Numbered from the stretch's first letter, positions 44,685 to 56,683 are shown. The stretch: 64,000 nt of DNA from an uncultured Gammaproteobacteria bacterium (GCA_963849825.1 CAWKIK010000003.1:252787-316786); one strand, 5' to 3'. The notes: generated by a model from the sequence alone, not told the origin. Translations and numbers: made by a program.

Positions 44685-45776
44685 TCAATTGTTCTGAATG
44701 ACGATCTGCGGAAATTTGGCGGCGTGGTTCTTGCTCTGCAGCGACAGCTTGGCTGCCGTGCGGCGGGCGATCTCGCGGTAGATTTCCGTGATCCGACTGT
44801 CGGGATCGGCGACCACACTGGGCTTGCCGTTGTCGGTCTCTTCCCGAATGTGGATATCCAGCGGCAGTGCACCGAGAAAGTCGACGTCGTATTCCTCCGA
44901 CATGCGCTGGCCGCCGCCTTCACCGAAAATATGCTCTTCGTGTCCGCAGTTGCTGCAAATGTGGATCGACATGTTTTCGACGATGCCCAATACCGGCACC
45001 TCCACCTTTTCGAACATCTTCAGACCCTTCTTGGCGTCCAGCAGGGCGATATCCTGGGGCGTGGTGACGATCACGGCGCCGGACACCGGCACTTTCTGCG
45101 CCAGGGTCAACTGTGTGTCGCCGGTGCCGGGCGGCATATCGACGATCAGATAATCGAGGTTGGTCCAATTGGTGTCTTTGAGCAGTTGCTCCAACGCCTG
45201 AGTGACCATCGGCCCACGCCAGATCATGGGTGTATCTTCATCGATCAGGAAGCCGATCGACATGGCCTGCAGATCGTAGCTGACCATGGGTTCCAGACTC
45301 TTACCGTCGGCGGACTCCGGCTTGCCCGATACGCCCAGCATACGCGGCTGGCTCGGTCCGTAGATGTCGGCGTCCAGGATGCCCACATTGGCGCCCTCGG
45401 CGGCCAGGGCCAAGGCCAAGTTGACCGCGGTGGTGGACTTGCCGACACCGCCCTTACCCGAAGCCACGGCGATGATGTTTTTCACGCCTTCAATGGTCTT
45501 GATGTTCTTCTGCACGACGTGGGAATCGATTTTCCAACTCACATCGACGTCTGCCGAATCGACCCCATCGATGGCGGTAATCTTTTGCTTGAGCGCTTCG
45601 CCAAGCTTGTCCTTGAAGCCCTTGGCCGGATAACCTAGCACGACCTTCACGCTCACCTTGCCGCCGTCGACGTTGATGTCCTTGATGCACTTGCTGGACA
45701 CCAGATCCTTGTCGAGGTGGGGATCGATATAGCCTTTGAGGGCCTCTTCCACCTGCGCTTGGGTAACGTTGGACAT
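44685..45776 (-). CDS. apbC: Fe-S cluster carrier ATPase ApbC/Mrp
   Basis: SGKGGVGKST, DADIYGPS, WRGPM, DMPPGTGD, ENMS..CxxC. Confidence 0.95.
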   Translation of the reverse strand: MSNVTQAQVEEALKGYIDPHLDKDLVSSKCIKDINVDGGKVSVKVVLGYPAKGFKDKLGEALKQKITAIDGVDSADVDVSWKIDSHVVQKNIKTIEGVKNIIAVASGKGGVGKSTTAVNLALALAAEGANVGILDADIYGPSQPRMLGVSGKPESADGKSLEPMVSYDLQAMSIGFLIDEDTPMIWRGPMVTQALEQLLKDTNWTNLDYLIVDMPPGTGDTQLTLAQKVPVSGAVIVTTPQDIALLDAKKGLKMFEKVEVPVLGIVENMSIHICSNCGHEEHIFGEGGGQRMSEEYDVDFLGALPLDIHIREETDNGKPSVVADPDSRITEIYREIARRTAAKLSLQSKNHAAKFPQIVIQNN

Positions 45777-45998
45777 ACAGACAACCTCCTCATGAGCCCG
45801 CGTTGCTGCGACGCAAGCCAGCCTAAACCATAGTAAATCGATCAGGTATTATACACAAAACTTCCGGGGCGCGTAGTATTTCATAAACATGCGATAAACA
45901 CTAAGATGTTCAGCCTTTCACCGATTGGGCTGCCTTACGTCCCGTCACTGCGCCAAGCCGTTGTCGATCAAAGACTTTAAACTGGAATCCTCTGACCC

Positions 45999-48083
45999 AT
46001 GAGCACCTCCGCGCGCCGCCGTATTCTCGTCACCAGTGCCCTGCCCTATGCCAACGGCAGTATTCACCTCGGCCATCTGGTGGAATATTTGCAGACCGAT
46101 ATCTGGGTACGATTCCAGAAAATGCGCGGTCATGAATGCCACTACGTCTGCGCCGACGACACCCATGGCACGCCCATCATGCTGCGCGCCGAACTGGAAG
46201 GTATTACCCCGGAACAGCTCATCGACCGGGTGCATGCCGAACACTCCGCCGATTTCGCGGCATTTCATGTGGATTTCGATAATTATTATTCCACCAACTC
46301 GACCGAGAATCGCGACTTGGCGCGACAGGTCTACATCCGCTTGCGCGACGCCGGGCTCATCGAATCGCGGGTGATCGAGCAATTCTACGACCCGCAAAAA
46401 AACATGTTCCTGCCGGACCGGTTCATCAAGGGCGAATGTCCGAAATGCCACGCCACGGATCAGTACGGCGATGGCTGCGAAGTATGCGGCACGACCTACA
46501 CCCCGACCGACCTGCTCAATCCGTTTTCGGCCGTGTCCGGCGCCACGCCGGAACGGCGGGAATCGGAACACTATTTCTTCAAGCTCAGCGAATGCGGCGA
46601 CTTCCTGCGCCAATGGATGCAAACGGGTGGCCGCGACCAGGCGAGCCCCCTGCAGCCCGAAGCGCTGAACAAGATGGACGAGTGGTTCGCGGCCGGCCTC
46701 AAGAACTGGGACATTTCCCGGGATGCGCCCTATTTCGGCTTCGAAATTCCGGACGCGCCGGGCAAGTACCTCTACGTCTGGCTCGATGCGCCGATTGGCT
46801 ATATGGCTAGCTTCAAGAATTTGGCCGACCGTGCGGGATTGGATTTCGACACTTGGTGGAAGGACGGTGCCGAACCGGAGTTGTATCACTTCATCGGCAA
46901 GGACATTTTGTATTTTCACGCCTTGTTCTGGCCGGCGGTGCTGCATTTCGCCGGTTTCCGGACTCCGGACCGTATCAACGTCCATGGCTTCCTGACCGTC
47001 AACGGCCAGAAGATGTCCAAATCCCGCGGCACCTTCATCACCGCCCGCACCTACCTCGAGTTCCTAGATCCGGAGTATCTGCGCTACTACTTCGCCGCCA
47101 AGCTCAACGAGCGGGTCGAAGATCTGGACTTGAATCTGGAAGACTTCATGGCGCGGATCAACAGCAATCTGGTGGGCAAGTACATCAATATCGCCTCGCG
47201 TTCGGCGGGTTTCATCAGCAAACGCTTCAACGGACAGCTGTGCGCGGAACTGGACGCGGAAGGCGAAGCATTAGTGCAACGTCTGCAAGCGCAAGCGGAA
47301 CCGCTGGAGGAACTCTACGAACAACGCCGCTTCAGCGAAGCGGTGCGCACGATCATGGATCTCGCTGACGCAGCAAACGAATACATCAATGAGACAAGAC
47401 CCTGGGAAGTGGCCAAACAGGACGGGGCTGAACGCCGTCTCCACCAACTGTGCAGCAGCAATCTCAACGTCTTCCGCCTGCTGACGCTGTATCTAAAGCC
47501 GATCATGCCGGTACTTGCCGAACGTGTAGAGCAATTCCTGCGCATTTCGCCGCTGATCTGGGAAGACTGCAGCAAGCGCTTGGGCAGTCACCGCATCGAG
47601 ACCTATAAACATCTGGCCAAACGTGTTGAAGCGGCGCAGATCGAAGCCATGCTTGAGAAGAACCGGCTCGAAACCGAACGAAGCGGCGAAGCGACGCAGT
47701 CCCAGGCAAGGCACGGCGAGCACCAACAGAACGAACGCGTGATTCCACCGATCGCAGACGCCATCGGGATCGACGATTTCGGAAAAATCGATCTGCGGGT
47801 GGCCCGGATACTCCGCGCCGAACATGTCGAAGGCGCCGATAAACTGCTCAAGCTCACGCTCGATATCGGCAGCGAAACCCGCACGGTATTCGCGGGCATC
47901 AAAAGCGCGTATGAACCTACGCAACTCGAAGGCCGCCTCACGGTTATGGTTGCGAATCTGGCGCCTCGCAAAATGCGTTTCGGTGTCTCAGAGGGCATGG
48001 TACTGGCGGCCGGCGCCGGCGACGGTGGTGTGTTCGTGCTACAGCCCGATCACGGAGCGCAGCCCGGAATGCGGGTTAAATAG
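45999..48083 (+). CDS. metG: Methionine--tRNA ligase
   Basis: [11 protein letters not shown], Zn knuckle, KMSKS, C-terminal tRNA-binding OB domain. Confidence 0.97.
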   Translation: MSTSARRRILVTSALPYANGSIHLGHLVEYLQTDIWVRFQKMRGHECHYVCADDTHGTPIMLRAELEGITPEQLIDRVHAEHSADFAAFHVDFDNYYSTNSTENRDLARQVYIRLRDAGLIESRVIEQFYDPQKNMFLPDRFIKGECPKCHATDQYGDGCEVCGTTYTPTDLLNPFSAVSGATPERRESEHYFFKLSECGDFLRQWMQTGGRDQASPLQPEALNKMDEWFAAGLKNWDISRDAPYFGFEIPDAPGKYLYVWLDAPIGYMASFKNLADRAGLDFDTWWKDGAEPELYHFIGKDILYFHALFWPAVLHFAGFRTPDRINVHGFLTVNGQKMSKSRGTFITARTYLEFLDPEYLRYYFAAKLNERVEDLDLNLEDFMARINSNLVGKYINIASRSAGFISKRFNGQLCAELDAEGEALVQRLQAQAEPLEELYEQRRFSEAVRTIMDLADAANEYINETRPWEVAKQDGAERRLHQLCSSNLNVFRLLTLYLKPIMPVLAERVEQFLRISPLIWEDCSKRLGSHRIETYKHLAKRVEAAQIEAMLEKNRLETERSGEATQSQARHGEHQQNERVIPPIADAIGIDDFGKIDLRVARILRAEHVEGADKLLKLTLDIGSETRTVFAGIKSAYEPTQLEGRLTVMVANLAPRKMRFGVSEGMVLAAGAGDGGVFVLQPDHGAQPGMRVK

Positions 48084-48195
48084 GGCGCCGAACGGTTTTG
48101 CGTGCGATACGTCCAAAGTGCAGATTCACGCTTGCGGCGGCGCGGGAATGTTATGATTCGGGCTGGAAATTGAAGCCGAGCAAGCGCGCGCCGAT

Positions 48196-48777
48196 ATGAG
48201 CGAATACGCCCTGATCCTGGTCAGCACCGTCCTGGTCAACAATTTCGTGCTGGTGAAGTTCCTAGGCCTGTGCCCATTCATGGGCGTCTCGCGCAAGCAG
48301 GAAACCGCCATCGGCATGTCGCTGGCGACGACCTTCGTACTCACATTGTCATCGATCAGCAGCTATCTGGTGGACCAATATCTCTTGGTGCCATTGGGCC
48401 TCGAGTACCTGCGCACGATCAGTTTTATCCTGGTCATCGCCGCGGTGGTGCAGTTCACCGAAATGGTGGTGCACAAGACCAGTCCGTTGCTGTATCAGCT
48501 GCTGGGCATATTTCTGCCGTTGATCACCACCAATTGTGCCGTGCTCGGCGTAGCGCTACTCAACACGCAGGAAAAGCACGGCTTCCTGGAATCTGCGATC
48601 TACGGTTTCGGTGCTGCGGTAGGTTTCTCGGTGGTACTGATCCTGTTCGCCGCCATACGCGAACGGATCGCGGTCGCGGATGTTCCCGAAGTGTTCAGGG
48701 GCAACGCCATCGCTCTCATTACCGCCGGTCTGATGTCGCTGGCGTTCATGGGCTTCTCGGGCCTGGTGAAAGGCTGA
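48196..48777 (+). CDS. rsxA: Rnf/Rsx electron transport complex subunit A
   Basis: [28 protein letters not shown]. Confidence 0.95.
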   Translation: MSEYALILVSTVLVNNFVLVKFLGLCPFMGVSRKQETAIGMSLATTFVLTLSSISSYLVDQYLLVPLGLEYLRTISFILVIAAVVQFTEMVVHKTSPLLYQLLGIFLPLITTNCAVLGVALLNTQEKHGFLESAIYGFGAAVGFSVVLILFAAIRERIAVADVPEVFRGNAIALITAGLMSLAFMGFSGLVKG

Positions 48778-48832
48778 CATCGACGCGCTGAGCTGTACTT
48801 GTTGCACGGAGGCGTCTTAAGCGACACGAACC

Positions 48833-49417
48833 ATGTTGACGGCAATTCTTGCAATCGCGGGCCTCGCCGCGCTATTCGGCATTCTGCTCGGGTATGCGGC
48901 GGTTCGTTTCCGCGTCGAAAGCGACCCTGTGGTCGATAGAATCGACGCACTACTGCCCCAGACCCAGTGCGGTCAGTGCGGCTACGCCGGCTGCCGCCCG
49001 TATGCCGAGGCAATCGCCGGCGGCGCCGCGGACATCAACTGCTGTCCGCCCGGTGGCGACAGCACTATCGTCGCGTTGGCCGACCTGCTGGGTCGTGACC
49101 CCAAGCCCCTGGACCCGGAACACGGTGAATCACAGGAGCAGAAGTTGGTCGCCGTAATTGATGAGCATATTTGCATCGGCTGTACATTGTGCATTCAGGC
49201 TTGCCCGGTGGACGCGATCCTGGGCGCCGCAAAGCACATGCACACCGTGATCGAAGATGAATGCACCGGCTGCAAATTGTGCGTGGCTCCATGTCCGGTG
49301 GAATGTATCTTTATGGTGCCGGTCAAAGAGGATATCGGCGAATGGAAGTGGCCTTACCCAGCAGAGTCCGCCGCCGCGTTTGGACGCCGGGCCGACAGAT
49401 TGAGTTCCGGTGCGTGA
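48833..49417 (+). CDS. rsxB: Rnf/Rsx subunit B
   Basis: [13 protein letters not shown], two CxxCxxCxxxCP ferredoxin motifs. Confidence 0.95.
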   Translation: MLTAILAIAGLAALFGILLGYAAVRFRVESDPVVDRIDALLPQTQCGQCGYAGCRPYAEAIAGGAADINCCPPGGDSTIVALADLLGRDPKPLDPEHGESQEQKLVAVIDEHICIGCTLCIQACPVDAILGAAKHMHTVIEDECTGCKLCVAPCPVECIFMVPVKEDIGEWKWPYPAESAAAFGRRADRLSSGA

Positions 49418-49462
49418 CCCGGCACCTCGACTGCTACGGTCATTACCAACCGCGCGCCCGCA

Positions 49463-51139
49463 ATGAAGATTGATCCGACACAATTGTATTCGTTTCCCGG
49501 CGGCCTGCGTCTGGACAGCCATAAGCGCGAATCCGTCGCTCGCCCCATCGGCCGCGCACCGATCGCACCGCGTCTGATACTGCCGTTACAGCAGCATATC
49601 GGCACTCCCGCGGATCCTTGTGTCGAGCCCGGCGAGCAGGTCCTGAAGGGGCAAGTGCTGGCGTATGCCGACGGCTACGTGAGCGCGGCAGTACACGCAC
49701 CGACATCCGGAACCATCGTCGAAATCGCCGATCACGCGGTTCCCCATCCCTCCGGCCTGGCCGCGCGCTGCATCGTATTGGAACCCGACGGACAAGACCG
49801 TTGGCTCGCCCGCCCGAAACCGGAATCCGACTACACAACTTTGAACCCGAGCGCCTTGCGTAACCGGATCCGCGAGGCCGGTATCGTGGGACTCGGTGGA
49901 GCGGGTTTCCCCTCGTTCATCAAGCTCAACCCGGGGACCCACCACAAAGTCGAGCTATTGGTTTTGAACGGCGCCGAATGCGAACCTTATATCAGCTGCG
50001 ACGACATGCTGATGCGCGAGCGGCCCGATGAGATCGTTCGCGGTCTGCAGATCATGCGCCACGCGCTCCAGGCCGCGGATTGCGTCATCGGCATCGAAGA
50101 CAACAAACCCGAAGCGTGCGCAGCGCTACGCGATGCGGTCGCGAAGATCGATCCCAGCATCGATGTCATTCAAGTGCGCACGCGATATCCGGCCGGGGGT
50201 GAAAAACAGCTCATCCAAGTTCTCACCGGGCGTGAAGTGCCCAGTCAAGGTCTGCCCTTGGATGTGGGAGTCGTCTGCCACAACGTCGCCACCGCAGCAT
50301 CCGTATACCGCGCCCTGGAGCGCGCGGAACCGCTGATTTCGCGGATCGTCACCGTCACGGGGGCAGGAGTGAGGGAACCGCAGAATCTGGAGGTGCTGAT
50401 CGGCACGCCGTTCCGCGACGTGATCGAGCACTGCGGCGGTTACACGGACGATCGCAAGCGCCTCATCATGGGCGGACCGATGATGGGATTCGCCCTCGAC
50501 ACCGACACCGTGCCGGTCATCAAGACCAGCAATTGCATTTTCGTGGCCGGCCATGCCGAAGCGCCCGAGCCACAACCGGCGTTGCCGTGTATCCGCTGCT
50601 CGGCATGCGCCGACGCCTGTCCGGCGCAGTTGCTGCCCCAACAACTTTATTGGTACAGCCGCGCACGGGAATTCGACAGAACGCAGGATTACCACCTGTT
50701 CGATTGCATCGAATGTGGCTGCTGCGCCTATGTCTGCCCGAGTCACATCCCTTTGGTGCAATACTTCCGTTTCGCCAAGACTGAGATATGGGCTCAGGAA
50801 CGGGATAAACGCAAAGCTGATCTGGCTCGCGTACGGCATGAACTTCATCTTGAACGTATCGAGCAGGAAATGCGTGAAAAAGAGCAACGCATGCGTAAAA
50901 AAAAGGATGCGCTCAAGTCCACGGAAGCCGCAGCGGACAGCCAGGATCTCAAAAAGGCGGCCATCGAAGCGGCATTGCAGCGCGCCAAGGCCAAGCAGAC
51001 ACAACGCCCGGACGCAGCACACACGGGCGAAAACCTCAACGCGGAACCGCCCGCAGAAACGTCCGATGTCGACGTCCATCGCAGCGGCGATTCCCAGCCT
51101 GCGGCGGACGCCACAAAAGTCGACAATAACGAACAATAA
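49463..51139 (+). CDS. rsxC: Rnf/Rsx subunit C
   Basis: GLGGAGFP, NGAECEPY, GGPMMG, CIECGCCAYVCPS. Confidence 0.95.
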   Translation: MKIDPTQLYSFPGGLRLDSHKRESVARPIGRAPIAPRLILPLQQHIGTPADPCVEPGEQVLKGQVLAYADGYVSAAVHAPTSGTIVEIADHAVPHPSGLAARCIVLEPDGQDRWLARPKPESDYTTLNPSALRNRIREAGIVGLGGAGFPSFIKLNPGTHHKVELLVLNGAECEPYISCDDMLMRERPDEIVRGLQIMRHALQAADCVIGIEDNKPEACAALRDAVAKIDPSIDVIQVRTRYPAGGEKQLIQVLTGREVPSQGLPLDVGVVCHNVATAASVYRALERAEPLISRIVTVTGAGVREPQNLEVLIGTPFRDVIEHCGGYTDDRKRLIMGGPMMGFALDTDTVPVIKTSNCIFVAGHAEAPEPQPALPCIRCSACADACPAQLLPQQLYWYSRAREFDRTQDYHLFDCIECGCCAYVCPSHIPLVQYFRFAKTEIWAQERDKRKADLARVRHELHLERIEQEMREKEQRMRKKKDALKSTEAAADSQDLKKAAIEAALQRAKAKQTQRPDAAHTGENLNAEPPAETSDVDVHRSGDSQPAADATKVDNNEQ

Positions 51140-51180
51140 CCGCAGAATGATCCGCTCAGCCGGACCCCAGACAGCCGACC

Positions 51181-52212
51181 ATGTTATTTCCCCGCGCCAG
51201 TTCGCCGCATCTGCAACCAGGCACCAGCGTTTCGCTGGTGATGCGCCGCGTACTGTATGCATTGGTGCCGGGCGCGCTGCTCTGCATCGGGCTGTTTGGA
51301 TGGGGGGTATTGGTCAACCTGCTGCTCGCCAGCGCTACCGCGCTGCTGAGCGAAGCAGCCATGCTGCGGCTGCGCCGGCGCAAGATGTCCTTGTTCTTAT
51401 CCGATGGCAGCGCCCTTGTAACGGCAGCGCTGCTGGCCTTGGCGCTCCCGGCGCTGGCCCCGTGGTGGCTGACAGTGGTTGCTACCGGCTTCGCTGTGAT
51501 CATCGCCAAGCATCTCTATGGAGGGCTCGGCTACAACCCGTTCAACCCCGCCATGATCGGCTATGTGGTGGCGCTGATTTCGTTTCCGCTGCCCATGACC
51601 CAATGGGTTACGCCTCACGCCCAGCAGCATCTGGATTTCGCGCAGACGCTCTCGTATCAGTTCAGCGGCCGCCTGCCCGGCTCCGAAACCGTAGACGCGG
51701 TGACGGCGGCCACGCCCCTCGACGCCGTCAAGACCGAACTTGGTCAGCGGCATACCATCTCTGAAATCCGCGAGGGCAGCGCCGTGTTCGGAACTTTCGG
51801 CGCTGCGGCCTGGGAATGGGTAAGCCTGGCGTTTCTCGCCGGTGGCGTGTGGATGTTGTACATGGGCGTAATCCGATGGCACATCCCCGCGGGCATGCTC
51901 GCCGGACTGCTGGTCTGCGCGTTGAGCTTCTATTTGTTCGATCGCGACGGATATCCTTCACCGATATTCCATGTGTTCGCAGGTGGCACCATGCTCGGGG
52001 CGTTTTTCATCGCCACTGACCCTGTCACGGCCAGCACCACAGATCAGGGACGGCTCATCTACGGCGCGGGAATTGGTGTACTGACCTATATCATCCGAAC
52101 CTGGGGAGGCTATCCCGACGGCGTAGCGTTCGCCGTATTGTTGATGAACATGGCCGTTCCCACGATCGACTATTACACCCAACCTCGTGTATTTGGCGCC
52201 GGCAAAGAGTAG
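51181..52212 (+). CDS. rsxD: Rnf/Rsx subunit D
   Basis: SSPH, GGLGYNPFNPAM, TAATPL FMN site, ATDPVT, GGYPDG. Confidence 0.95.
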   Translation: MLFPRASSPHLQPGTSVSLVMRRVLYALVPGALLCIGLFGWGVLVNLLLASATALLSEAAMLRLRRRKMSLFLSDGSALVTAALLALALPALAPWWLTVVATGFAVIIAKHLYGGLGYNPFNPAMIGYVVALISFPLPMTQWVTPHAQQHLDFAQTLSYQFSGRLPGSETVDAVTAATPLDAVKTELGQRHTISEIREGSAVFGTFGAAAWEWVSLAFLAGGVWMLYMGVIRWHIPAGMLAGLLVCALSFYLFDRDGYPSPIFHVFAGGTMLGAFFIATDPVTASTTDQGRLIYGAGIGVLTYIIRTWGGYPDGVAFAVLLMNMAVPTIDYYTQPRVFGAGKE

Positions 52213-52220
52213 TTCGCACC

Positions 52221-52889
52221 ATGAAGCAGATTGTCACATCGACAGTGCTATTGGCCTTGTTCGCCATTGTCGGGACCGCGCTGGTCGCTTTCACTTACGA
52301 CCGCACCGTCGATCAGATCGCCGAAAACGAACGCGAAGCCCTGCTGGACAGTCTGCATGCCATCATCGACCCCAAGGAGTACGACAACGATATATTTGCC
52401 GATACCATCGAGCTGCGCGGACCGCAGCTACTGGGTACGACGGATCCGGTTACCGTATATCGCGCTCGCAAAAACGGCAAACCGGTAGCGGCCGTCCTGT
52501 CACCCATCGCGCCCGACGGCTACAACGGCGCCATCAAGCTGCTGGTAGGTATCTACTACGACGGACGGATTGCCGGAGTACGGGTGGTTTCGCAGAATGA
52601 AACCCCCGGACTGGGCGACGCGATCGAAACCCAGAAATCGGACTGGATCACCGCGTTCTCCGGAAAATCGCTCGGCGATCCCGGCAAACGCGGTTGGGCC
52701 GTAAAAAAGGACGGCGGTGAATTCGACCAGTTCACCGGCGCTACTATTACCCCACGGGCGGTGGTAAAAGCCGTGCGTTCGGCTTTGATATACTTTCGCG
52801 AACACCGCGAGCAATTGTTCAAGGCGCCGGCCGAGGACTTGCCTTTGAAGGTCCCCGCCGCCGGCGGCCCGGGCGCCACCAAGAAATAG
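52221..52889 (+). CDS. rsxG: Rnf/Rsx subunit G
   Basis: APDGYNG, ETPGLGD, FDQFTGATIT FMN site. Confidence 0.95.
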   Translation: MKQIVTSTVLLALFAIVGTALVAFTYDRTVDQIAENEREALLDSLHAIIDPKEYDNDIFADTIELRGPQLLGTTDPVTVYRARKNGKPVAAVLSPIAPDGYNGAIKLLVGIYYDGRIAGVRVVSQNETPGLGDAIETQKSDWITAFSGKSLGDPGKRGWAVKKDGGEFDQFTGATITPRAVVKAVRSALIYFREHREQLFKAPAEDLPLKVPAAGGPGATKK

Positions 52890-52898
52890 GATCGATCA

Positions 52899-53588
52899 AT
52901 GGCCGAAAGTTACGCCGATATCGCAAAAGACGGTTTGTGGCATAACAACCCAGGGCTGGTGCAGCTACTGGGTTTGTGTCCTCTACTGGCTGTGACCGCC
53001 ACATTGATCAATGGCCTTGGCATGGGACTGGCCACGACAGCGGTGCTGGTTGCATCCAACGTCACAGTATCTGCGATCCGCAACGTCGTGCGCAGCGAAA
53101 TCCGAGTGCCGGTGTTTGTCCTGGTCATTGCATCGTTCGTAACGGCGGTCGAGCTGGCTATGAACGCTTATCTGCATGAACTGTACAAAGTGCTCGGCAT
53201 TTTCATCCCACTGATCGTCACCAATTGTTCGATTCTCGGCCGCGCCGAGGCATTCGCCTCCAAAAACAATATTCCGCGCTCCTTCCTCGATGGTTTGACC
53301 ATGGGGCTGGGCTTTACCGGTGTATTGGTGGTATTGGGCGCGATGCGCGAACTTGCGGGAAATGGCACCCTGTTCGCCAAAGCCAACCTGATGTTCGGAG
53401 ACGCTGCCCGACATCTTCTCGTCCACGTGATCCCGAACTACGACGGTTTCCTGTTGGCAATACTGCCGCCAGGCGCTTTTCTCGGCCTCGGCTTCCTGAT
53501 CGCATTCAAGAACGTGATCGACCGTCGGGCGCAACGGCGCGCAGTGCAGAGCGTCGGTGTCGGCGTGCCGGCACCGCAGGCGACCTGA
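52899..53588 (+). CDS. rsxE: Rnf/Rsx subunit E
   Basis: [27 protein letters not shown]. Confidence 0.95.
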   Translation: MAESYADIAKDGLWHNNPGLVQLLGLCPLLAVTATLINGLGMGLATTAVLVASNVTVSAIRNVVRSEIRVPVFVLVIASFVTAVELAMNAYLHELYKVLGIFIPLIVTNCSILGRAEAFASKNNIPRSFLDGLTMGLGFTGVLVVLGAMRELAGNGTLFAKANLMFGDAARHLLVHVIPNYDGFLLAILPPGAFLGLGFLIAFKNVIDRRAQRRAVQSVGVGVPAPQAT

Positions 53589-53612
53589 ACTGCCCGCATT
53601 TCAAGTACGACG

Positions 53613-54248
53613 ATGAATTCGCAAAAGCGCGCCGAAGTCTTTCGTCGCTTGCAGAACGAGAATCCTACGCCTACCACCGAACTCGAATACGGCAATCCTT
53701 TCCAGCTACTAATTGCGGTGATGCTTTCAGCCCAGGCCACTGATGTCGGCGTCAACAAAGCCACGAAGTCGTTGTTCCGCAGAATCACATCACCCTCCGC
53801 AATGATCGACCTGGGCGAAGCAGGACTGAAGGAGCACATCAAGACCATCGGCCTGTTCAACACCAAAGCTAAGAACATCATCAAAGCCTGCCAGCTTCTG
53901 CTTGAGCGCCACGACGGACATGTGCCGACCGAGCGCTCGCAATTGGAAGCGCTGCCCGGAGTGGGACGCAAGACCGCCAACGTGGTCTTGAATACGGCCT
54001 TCGGGCACTCGACAATCGCCGTCGACACGCATATCTTCCGGGTCTCGAATCGGACCGGCATCGCGCCGGGCCGCAACGTACGGGAAGTGGAAGCCAAATT
54101 GGAAAAGTACGTTCCCGACACGTACAAGAAGGACGCCCACCATTGGCTGATCCTGCACGGCCGTTATGTATGTGTGGCGCGCAAGCCCCGCTGCGGCGCC
54201 TGCGTGATCGAAGACCTGTGCGAGTACAAGCACAAGACCACCGATTGA
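53613..54248 (+). CDS. nth: Endonuclease III
   Basis: LSAQATD, LPGVGRKTANV HhH motif, AVDTH, C-terminal CxARKPxCxxCxIxxxC. Confidence 0.97.
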   Translation: MNSQKRAEVFRRLQNENPTPTTELEYGNPFQLLIAVMLSAQATDVGVNKATKSLFRRITSPSAMIDLGEAGLKEHIKTIGLFNTKAKNIIKACQLLLERHDGHVPTERSQLEALPGVGRKTANVVLNTAFGHSTIAVDTHIFRVSNRTGIAPGRNVREVEAKLEKYVPDTYKKDAHHWLILHGRYVCVARKPRCGACVIEDLCEYKHKTTD

Positions 54249-54302
54249 TCGCCCGCCGATCGTAGTCTATAGAACTCGAAGCAGATATCGATGCGCTCCG
54301 AG

Positions 54303-54481
54303 TTGTTTACTCCAGACCGCACTCAAATTCGGGCATTCTTTTGCCGGGGGCTGGGCGGTGATGCAGACGCTGCGGAGCATCAAATAACTGAATGCATTGA
54401 GAAATTGCTTGCGGATCCAGCGGAAAACGGCGTGCCGGTCGATGCGCGGGATACGTCGAGTGTTTGCAGCGTCTGCGGTAG
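54303..54481 (+). pseudogene. Degraded DUF1841-family gene remnant (internal deletion plus frameshift)
   Basis: LFTPDRTQIRAFF (N-terminus) joined to AEHQITECI...NGVPVDA, then after a frameshift YVECLQRLR-stop (C-terminus); located directly after nth. Confidence 0.55.
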
Positions 54482-54639
54482 AGAATTTAAGCTGCAGTTC
54501 GCTCAGCGACGACGAACTTTTCCCCAATGCCACTGTCCTAATGCGTACGGATCGGCGGCTGCCTCTACATGGACGTCGCGTTCCGGCGCAAAACAAACAA
54601 CCGCTGTCATCTTAATCGGATTATTGGAGGCTAGTCACC

Positions 54640-54978
54640 ATGTCAAAAAACAATTCCTATTCGCCGTTGGCCATCGCCGTAGGCGCTGCATTCGCTACCT
54701 CGATGATGGGTAGTGCAGTCGCCAACGCAACTGACAATCCCTTTGGCATGACCGAACTCAGCCATGGCTACCAAGTGGCCGATGCCAAGGGCAAAGGCAA
54801 GGAAGGCACCTGCGGCGCCAACAAGACCAGCGTGGACGAAGCAAAATCGGGCAAGAATATGGCCGAAGACACGCAAGCCGGCATGTCCATGGGTAGCGGC
54901 AATACGGAAGACGGCAACGGCGCCATGGACTCCGACGGCAAGAAAACACCGGAAGGCAAGTGCGGAGGCAACAAGTAG
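54640..54978 (+). CDS. HvfA/oxazolin-type secreted RiPP precursor (EGxCG motifs)
   Basis: Signal peptide, NPF...L..GY.VA, EGTCG and EGKCG; GGAGG RBS; upstream of DUF692. Confidence 0.85.
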   Translation: MSKNNSYSPLAIAVGAAFATSMMGSAVANATDNPFGMTELSHGYQVADAKGKGKEGTCGANKTSVDEAKSGKNMAEDTQAGMSMGSGNTEDGNGAMDSDGKKTPEGKCGGNK

Positions 54979-54985
54979 GTCCGCA

Positions 54986-55852
54986 ATGGCCTGCATGAAC
55001 GACGCAGTGCATTGCGTTGCAGGCGCAGGACTCGGTTTGCGGCGGGCCCTATTGGGCCCGCTGGCCGACCTTCCCCATGACCGCGTCGACTTCATGGAAG
55101 TCGCGCCCGAGAACTGGATCGGTGTGGGCGGAGCGTTGGGACGCAAACTGCGCACTTACACCGAGCGTTATCCGTTCGTCTGTCACGGCTTATCCTTGTC
55201 ACTCGGAAGCCCGGCGCCACTGGATACCGTTTTGCTCACCGACATCAAGCAGTTTTTGAATCAGCACGGCATCCGAAAATACAGTGAGCACCTGTCTTAT
55301 TGCAGCGATGCGGGACATCTGTACGACTTAATGCCAATACCGTTCACTGAAGAAGCCGTCGGATATGTCGCAAGCCGTATCCGGCAGGTGCAGGATACGC
55401 TGGGCGAACGCATCGCGGTCGAAAACATCTCCTACTACGCCGCGCCCGGACAAGAGATGTCGGAAATCGATTTCACCAACGCGGTGCTGCGAGAAGCAGA
55501 CTGCGAGCTGCTGCTGGACGTCAACAATATCTATGTCAACAGCGTCAATCACGGCTATGATCCGTTCGCGTTTCTGGCGGCCGTACCAATGGACAGAGTC
55601 AGCTACATCCACGTCGCCGGGCACGAGCAGTACGCCGATGGCTTGTTGGTCGATACCCATGGCGCCGAAGTCATGCCCCCGGTGTGGGCATTGCTGCAAC
55701 AAACTTACCGACATTGTGGCGTAGTACCCACGCTGCTGGAACGCGACTCGAATTTGCCATCGCTGCCCCAACTCCTCGACGAAATCGACGCCATCCGCAA
55801 CCTTCAGCGCGATCAGGAACGCAGCCGAAGTGCAGGAAGTTGCCATGGTTGA
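54986..55852 (+). CDS. DUF692 multinuclear non-heme iron oxidative enzyme (MNIO, HvfB/BufB-like)
   Basis: [55 protein letters not shown]. Confidence 0.92.
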   Translation: MACMNDAVHCVAGAGLGLRRALLGPLADLPHDRVDFMEVAPENWIGVGGALGRKLRTYTERYPFVCHGLSLSLGSPAPLDTVLLTDIKQFLNQHGIRKYSEHLSYCSDAGHLYDLMPIPFTEEAVGYVASRIRQVQDTLGERIAVENISYYAAPGQEMSEIDFTNAVLREADCELLLDVNNIYVNSVNHGYDPFAFLAAVPMDRVSYIHVAGHEQYADGLLVDTHGAEVMPPVWALLQQTYRHCGVVPTLLERDSNLPSLPQLLDEIDAIRNLQRDQERSRSAGSCHG

Positions 55853-56618
55853 AGCATCTGGATTCATGCGCACGCAACGGGCGTTTGCCGCGCATATCCG
55901 CGACCCTCAGCGCAACGGGGCGCCGGCGGACGTCGAACCGCAGCGCATGGCCGTTTACCGCGAATTGTTCTTCAACAATATCGAAGGTTTTCTGTCATCT
56001 GGTTTCCCGGTGCTGCGAAGCCTCTATGAAGCTGCCGATTGGCGTCATCTGGTACGCTGCTTTTTCGCTCTACACGATTGCGAAACACCATATTTTTCGC
56101 AAATCGACCGGGAATTTCTGCGTTATTTGGAACACGAACACCGCCCGTGCAGCGCCGATCCTTCGTTTCTGCTGGAACTGGCGCATTACGAATGGGTGGA
56201 ACTTGCACTGCAGACCGCCGAGGATCCAGTGATGCCGCCGCATCTCGATGCAGACGGCGATCTGCTCAGCGGCGTGCCGGTGTTGTCGCCGCTGGCCTGG
56301 CCACTGGCGTACCGCTTTCCGGTACATCGCATCAGCGCTACATTTAGACCGCCACATCCAAGCGCTGAGACCACCCATCTTTTGGTACTGCGCAACACGC
56401 GTGACGAAATTCATTTTCACGAAATCAGTGCGGCGACGGGGCAGCTGCTGTCGCGCATGCGGGAAAATCCTCGTGCTGCGGGCAGGGAACTGCTGCTGTC
56501 CATCGCTACTTCGATGGAACACCCGAATCCGGAATCCATTATCCAAACCGGGCACCACATTTTGCAGAAGCTTCGCAAACAGGAAGCCCTGTTGGGCACT
56601 GTTCCCCGGATACCCTGA
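55845..56618 (+). CDS. DUF2063 MNIO partner protein (HvfC/BufC-like)
   Basis: [43 protein letters not shown]. Confidence 0.88.
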   Translation: MVEASGFMRTQRAFAAHIRDPQRNGAPADVEPQRMAVYRELFFNNIEGFLSSGFPVLRSLYEAADWRHLVRCFFALHDCETPYFSQIDREFLRYLEHEHRPCSADPSFLLELAHYEWVELALQTAEDPVMPPHLDADGDLLSGVPVLSPLAWPLAYRFPVHRISATFRPPHPSAETTHLLVLRNTRDEIHFHEISAATGQLLSRMRENPRAAGRELLLSIATSMEHPNPESIIQTGHHILQKLRKQEALLGTVPRIP

Positions 56619-56683
56619 TGCGAGACGCCGCTCGAGGCGGGATTTTCGGCATTGCGCGCGCCAAGACGGCGCAGTCGCCGGCC

